A DNA stretch of 63,842 nt from an uncultured Gammaproteobacteria bacterium (GTDB lineage: Bacteria; Patescibacteriota; Microgenomatia; Levybacterales; GWA1-39-11). The notes under the pieces are model-generated. The model had not been told where the DNA came from, did no database searches, and saw only the letters and a program-made list of their open reading frames with translations. The stretch is taken from assembly GCA_964557125.1 (NCBI GenBank), contig CAZKYX010000001.1, forward strand, positions 1 to 63,842. The letters are read 5' to 3'. Below are positions 60,256-63,842 of the stretch, one piece after another. A program made the translations under genes and the position numbers. The number at the start of each line of letters is the position of its first letter. Within the stretch, counting starts at the first letter, position 1.

Positions 60256-61374
60256 ATGTCAGAATCAACCGGTGAAGTACCCGTCAGACAAATTGTTCAA
60301 AGAATTAACGCGATAAACCTAGAGACCCTACCGCCAACACCAACAAAGCAAAATCCCAAGAAAAGTTCTTTTGGTGCAAGGGCTGCGAGTGCAGTACTTG
60401 GAGTTTTTGCCCTAACCGGAACGGCTGCAGTTGTTAATGAGTTGAATGAGGATGGTGTAATGCTTCATGTAGCGCAGGCTGCAGTTCCAGAAGAGCAAAA
60501 AATAGAAGCACCGGCTAAAGTTCAGAAAGTCCAAGAAAAAACCTCAGTAAAATCTCAAGAAAAAGTTGGAGTGCAGTCAGACTTTTTTGATACGGTTTTT
60601 CATGATTTAGACCATCGAAAACTGAAAGAGGCAAGAGCAATCGTTGAGGATTTTAAGGTTAAAATTGCTGCAAAGCCCAGCTATGAAAAGGAACATAGGC
60701 AAATTCCTCAAGAGTATAAAGAAATTATCAAAGACACGGCAAATGCGTACGGTATTTCCGAGCAGATGCTTTATGGAATTATTGCGATAGAAAATGGGGG
60801 AGGTCCTGATGTTACCAATGATATTTCAAAGGCCCGCGGGGTAGCACAATTTTTATCGAATACGGCAAACCAGTACGGACTTAAGGTAAATGAAAATCAG
60901 GACCAGCGCGCCGATCCGGTACTCAGCATCGATGCGGCTGGTAAGTATTTACAGGTTCACCGTGACCTTTTCGCTGGTGATGTTGGGCTTACCATGTGGT
61001 CATATCATGCAGGGGCAGGTAATGTGTTTGAGGCATTACGGTTTTATATAATTGATAAGCATGGAGAGGATATAGGAAGCTATGGTGAGACGATGGATGA
61101 CAATGATTCGACAGAGCGCTTGCGGATAGAGAAGAGAGTGAGAGATTTAATCAGAGCTGAAAAGATAGGTTTTTATGATTTGGCAAGTAATGATCTAGTC
61201 AAATCAAAGGTCATTTCAAAACTTGATGATTTTACCGAGACTTATGTACCTCAAATTACAGCAATTATTCAGCTTGAAGATGAACGGGCAGAGCGAGAAG
61301 TGGATTTGGGAAATGGACTTAGAATTGCTATTTCCAAAAATGCCCTAAGTTCTCAAGTCGCTTCCACTCGTTAG
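60256..61374 (+). CDS. membrane-anchored lytic transglycosylase (SLT domain) protein
   Basis: 372 aa with one TM. LYGIIAIENGG...ARGVAQF...Y fits the goose-type lysozyme / SLT motif order. Confidence 0.65.
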   Translation: MSESTGEVPVRQIVQRINAINLETLPPTPTKQNPKKSSFGARAASAVLGVFALTGTAAVVNELNEDGVMLHVAQAAVPEEQKIEAPAKVQKVQEKTSVKSQEKVGVQSDFFDTVFHDLDHRKLKEARAIVEDFKVKIAAKPSYEKEHRQIPQEYKEIIKDTANAYGISEQMLYGIIAIENGGGPDVTNDISKARGVAQFLSNTANQYGLKVNENQDQRADPVLSIDAAGKYLQVHRDLFAGDVGLTMWSYHAGAGNVFEALRFYIIDKHGEDIGSYGETMDDNDSTERLRIEKRVRDLIRAEKIGFYDLASNDLVKSKVISKLDDFTETYVPQITAIIQLEDERAEREVDLGNGLRIAISKNALSSQVASTR

Positions 61375-61449
61375 AAATATCGTATTCTAAAAACTCCTTT
61401 TTTTATATTAACTCCTTGCAACAAAGAGTTAGCTATTCTAGTATAAATT

Positions 61450-62541
61450 ATGATGCGAAAAAAAGGCAGTAAAGTAATTGTTACCGGAATTTTATTACTT
61501 CTTCTGTTTGCTGCTTTTTTTGCTGTAGTCTTGATTCTCCAATCGTTAGACAAAAGTGAAGTCCCAGTATTGGGAGAACAGTTTTCCATAACACGTAAAA
61601 CTCGCTGGTTTTCAGGGTTTATTTTTGGAGAGGTTGATAAAACGATGTTTCCAGTGATTAATAATCCTAAATACCTTACGGTAGATGAAGCGAATCCAAT
61701 ACTTGAGGATCAAGATATTGTTTATTTTTTTGAGACAAATCGAAAGACTTATGTTTACCCTGCGACCATTCTTAGTTACCACCACCTCGTAAATGACACA
61801 ATAAATTCAGAACCAATAGTAATGTCACTTTGTCTGTTATCAGCAAGTGCCGCCTCGTATCAAAGAAGGGTTGGGAACGAGGTTCTTGAATTTGGGGTAA
61901 CAGGAACATTATTTAATGGGAACTTGTTGATGTACGACAAGACTACAGATTCGCAATGGTTGCAGCTAAACGGTGAAGCAGTAGAGGGGAGTTATGCTTA
62001 CTCACGGCTCAAAACCTACGCACCAGTTTTTAAAACTACTTGGAAGGTTGTGAAAGAAAAGGAAAATATTGCGGTTCTTCCGCCAGTTCGGGATATGAAA
62101 TTTTATAGGGAGTTCTACGGATCTTTTCTTAAAAGCCCATTTGGGATAGAGTCATTAGGGGACAGAAGGCCGAGTCCATTATTTGATCCTTTTGCTATAG
62201 GAGTTGGAATTGAAGTTCAAGATGAATCAGCTTTTTATAGGCTTGAGCAGGTTAAAAAGAAGAGAATAATTCAAGATAAGGTTGGGAATTTCCCGCTTTT
62301 AATAGTGTATGATCCAGCTCTTAATTCTTCATTGATCTATCTAAGAACGATAGAAAGCCAAACTCTCGACTTCGTAAAGGAAGGCGAATATTTTATCGAC
62401 ACTCAAACATCGACACGGTGGAATTCGAAAGGTCATGCAGTTAAAGGAAAAATGGAGGGCAAGTCGCTTCAGATGCCTATTTTTACAGAGGCGTACTGGT
62501 TCTCGTGGTCAACTTTTTATCCTCAAACAAAGTCATTGTAA
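61450..62541 (+). CDS. DUF3179 domain protein, membrane anchored
   Basis: 363 aa. YPATILSYHHLVND, CLLSASAASYQR, FGVTGTLFNGNLLMYDKTTDSQWLQ. Confidence 0.7.
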   Translation: MMRKKGSKVIVTGILLLLLFAAFFAVVLILQSLDKSEVPVLGEQFSITRKTRWFSGFIFGEVDKTMFPVINNPKYLTVDEANPILEDQDIVYFFETNRKTYVYPATILSYHHLVNDTINSEPIVMSLCLLSASAASYQRRVGNEVLEFGVTGTLFNGNLLMYDKTTDSQWLQLNGEAVEGSYAYSRLKTYAPVFKTTWKVVKEKENIAVLPPVRDMKFYREFYGSFLKSPFGIESLGDRRPSPLFDPFAIGVGIEVQDESAFYRLEQVKKKRIIQDKVGNFPLLIVYDPALNSSLIYLRTIESQTLDFVKEGEYFIDTQTSTRWNSKGHAVKGKMEGKSLQMPIFTEAYWFSWSTFYPQTKSL

Positions 62542-62612
62542 TTTACCTGAATATAATTTATTGTGAGAATAATTTCCTCATGCCTGAGGTGTTAGGTAAG
62601 AAGGCAAATAGA

Positions 62613-62621
62613 TGATACAAT
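62613..62621 (+). promoter_or_regulatory. extended -10 TGATACAAT, 7 nt before ATG 62629
   Basis: Leaderless geometry. Confidence 0.4.
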
Positions 62622-62628
62622 AAGCTCT

Positions 62629-63798
62629 ATGAATTTATCTGTAGGGATAGTTGGGTTGCCAAATGTAGGAAAGTCTACACTGTTCAATGCGCTGCTAAAA
62701 AAACAGGCGGCTTTGGCTGCAAATTATCCATTTGCAACTATTGAGCCAAATGTTGGTATTGTCGCGGTTCCCGACGAGAGACTCAATGTATTGGCGGAAT
62801 TAACAGCAAGAGAGATTGCTTCGCCTACGGCTCGCAATGACGAATTAAAACTTCCACCGCTTGTGCCTGCGATGGTGGAGTTTGTAGATATTGCTGGACT
62901 TGTAAAAGGCGCCTCAGAAGGTGCTGGACTTGGGAATAAATTTTTATCTCACATTCGAGAAGTAAAAGTTATTGCCCACGTTGTAAGAGCATTTGAAGAC
63001 AGTGACGTGATTCGTGAAGGAAGCACAACTCCAGCCGATGACTATGTAACAATTTGCACAGAACTTATTCTCTCAGATATCGAAACGCTTTCTAAGATGA
63101 ATGAGAAAGCTTTGAGACTTGATGCGAATTTGGGAAGTGCTGTTGAAAAGTTAAAGAAGCATTTAGATGCTGGTAACCCTGCAAGGACAATTGTACTAAC
63201 GGAAAAAGAGCGGGAAGCGGCAAAAGGCCTGTCTCTTATCACTTCAAAACCTGAAATAATTGTTCTTAATGTTGCTGAGGAAGATTATAAGGAGGAGAAG
63301 TTTGAGGGGATTATTGAGCAATACAAAGTGTTACTTTCCGTCACTGCGAGCGATAGCGCGGCAGTCTCAAAGATTGCTTCGTCTACGGCTCGCAATGACG
63401 AGTTTGTTGTAGTCAGTGCCAAGATTGAAAGTGAATTGGCAGAACTTGGGGATGAAGATGCCAAAGAATTTTTAAAAGAATTGGGAGTTGAGAAGTCGGG
63501 GCTTGAAAGACTCATTCAAAAAGCATACGAGAAATTGGGACTGTTGAGTTTTTTAACAGCTGGTGAAAAAGAAATAAGAGCATGGACCATAAAAAAAGGA
63601 AGCAACGCGGTTGAGGCGGCTGGCGAAATTCACACAGACTTTATGGCAAAATTTATAAAGGCAGAAGTCGTGTCATATGATGATTTTGTAAGTAGCAATG
63701 GTTGGAAACAGAGCAGGACAACAGGAAAAGCAAGACTTGAGGGGAGAGATTATGTAGTTAATGACGGTGATGTTATCGAGTTCAAAATAGGCCGTTAA
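62629..63798 (+). CDS. ychF: redox-regulated ATPase YchF (Obg-family), carrying two in-frame repeat insertions
   Basis: 389 aa. GIVGLPNVGKSTLFNAL, EFVDIAGLVKGAS, C-terminal TGS-like IHTDF...GRDYVVNDGDVIEF. Confidence 0.9.
   Translation: MNLSVGIVGLPNVGKSTLFNALLKKQAALAANYPFATIEPNVGIVAVPDERLNVLAELTAREIASPTARNDELKLPPLVPAMVEFVDIAGLVKGASEGAGLGNKFLSHIREVKVIAHVVRAFEDSDVIREGSTTPADDYVTICTELILSDIETLSKMNEKALRLDANLGSAVEKLKKHLDAGNPARTIVLTEKEREAAKGLSLITSKPEIIVLNVAEEDYKEEKFEGIIEQYKVLLSVTASDSAAVSKIASSTARNDEFVVVSAKIESELAELGDEDAKEFLKELGVEKSGLERLIQKAYEKLGLLSFLTAGEKEIRAWTIKKGSNAVEAAGEIHTDFMAKFIKAEVVSYDDFVSSNGWKQSRTTGKARLEGRDYVVNDGDVIEFKIGR
62814..62843 (+). repeat. 30-nt repeat GATTGCTTCGCCTACGGCTCGCAATGACGA inside ychF (encodes IASPTARND)
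   Basis: 29/30 identical to 63371..63400. The core GGCTCGCAATGAC also occurs at 24211..24223. Confidence 0.85.
63340..63399 (+). repeat. ~60-nt imperfect palindromic element inside ychF (encodes VTASDSAAVSKIASSTARND)
   Basis: Left arm GTCACTGCGAGCGATAGC pairs imperfectly with right arm GCTTCGTCTACGGCTCGCAATGAC (reverse complement GTCATTGCGAGCCGTAGACGAAGC). Confidence 0.75.
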
Positions 63799-63842
63799 AT
63801 AAATTTTCCGTCCTGCTGTCTTCGATAGGTGCGTATCTCAGA

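Noticed and set aside
1-63842. Alternative genetic code (UGA recoding, as in some CPR lineages).
   Set aside because: Conserved genes (frr, nirK, CDF) end at TGA at the expected lengths, and long ORFs are intact under the standard code.

Overview
AT-rich, gene-dense bacterial window. By eye it looks like a Candidate Phyla Radiation / Patescibacteria (Microgenomates-like) genome; that assignment is inference. The supporting signs are a 16S rRNA 3' end not followed by 23S, a short EF-Ts, two four-helix-bundle (23S-IVS family) genes, type IV pilin-like genes, many secreted proteins with Pro/Thr linkers, and almost no biosynthetic genes. Standard genetic code; TGA acts as a stop. Recognisable housekeeping genes: dcd, glyA, rpsB, tsf, an RseP-like protease, frr, recR, FKBP, trhO-like, ABC-F, ychF, tRNA-Ile(GAU) and tRNA-Cys(GCA). 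Other recognisable genes: nirK, CDF and MFS transporters, an AI-2E transporter, Crp and HxlR regulators, an ADP-ribosylglycohydrolase and a CYTH-uridine kinase-CYTH fusion. Two surface-protein islands (0.3-14.4 kb and 18.8-25.7 kb) are the best candidates for an undescribed system. They hold membrane-anchored cohesin-like proteins translationally coupled to Cys-rich secreted proteins, two dockerin-bearing partners, and a six-gene block bracketed by prepilin-like genes. Six exported proteins share a conserved box (Q-x-Q-D-x-R-Q-R-A-S) right after the N-terminal hydrophobic segment. Other signals: many TATAAT-like boxes 6-7 nt upstream of ATG (leaderless architecture); a GC-rich palindromic REP family that is also translated in frame; AGGTTKT heptad arrays fused to TAG stop codons; gene-bracketing inverted repeats; in-frame palindromic insertions in ychF; a perfect 72-bp tandem triplication over a gene's 3' end; and a seven-gene ORFan block (42.6-46.6 kb). 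All family assignments come from by-eye motif recognition without database searches.
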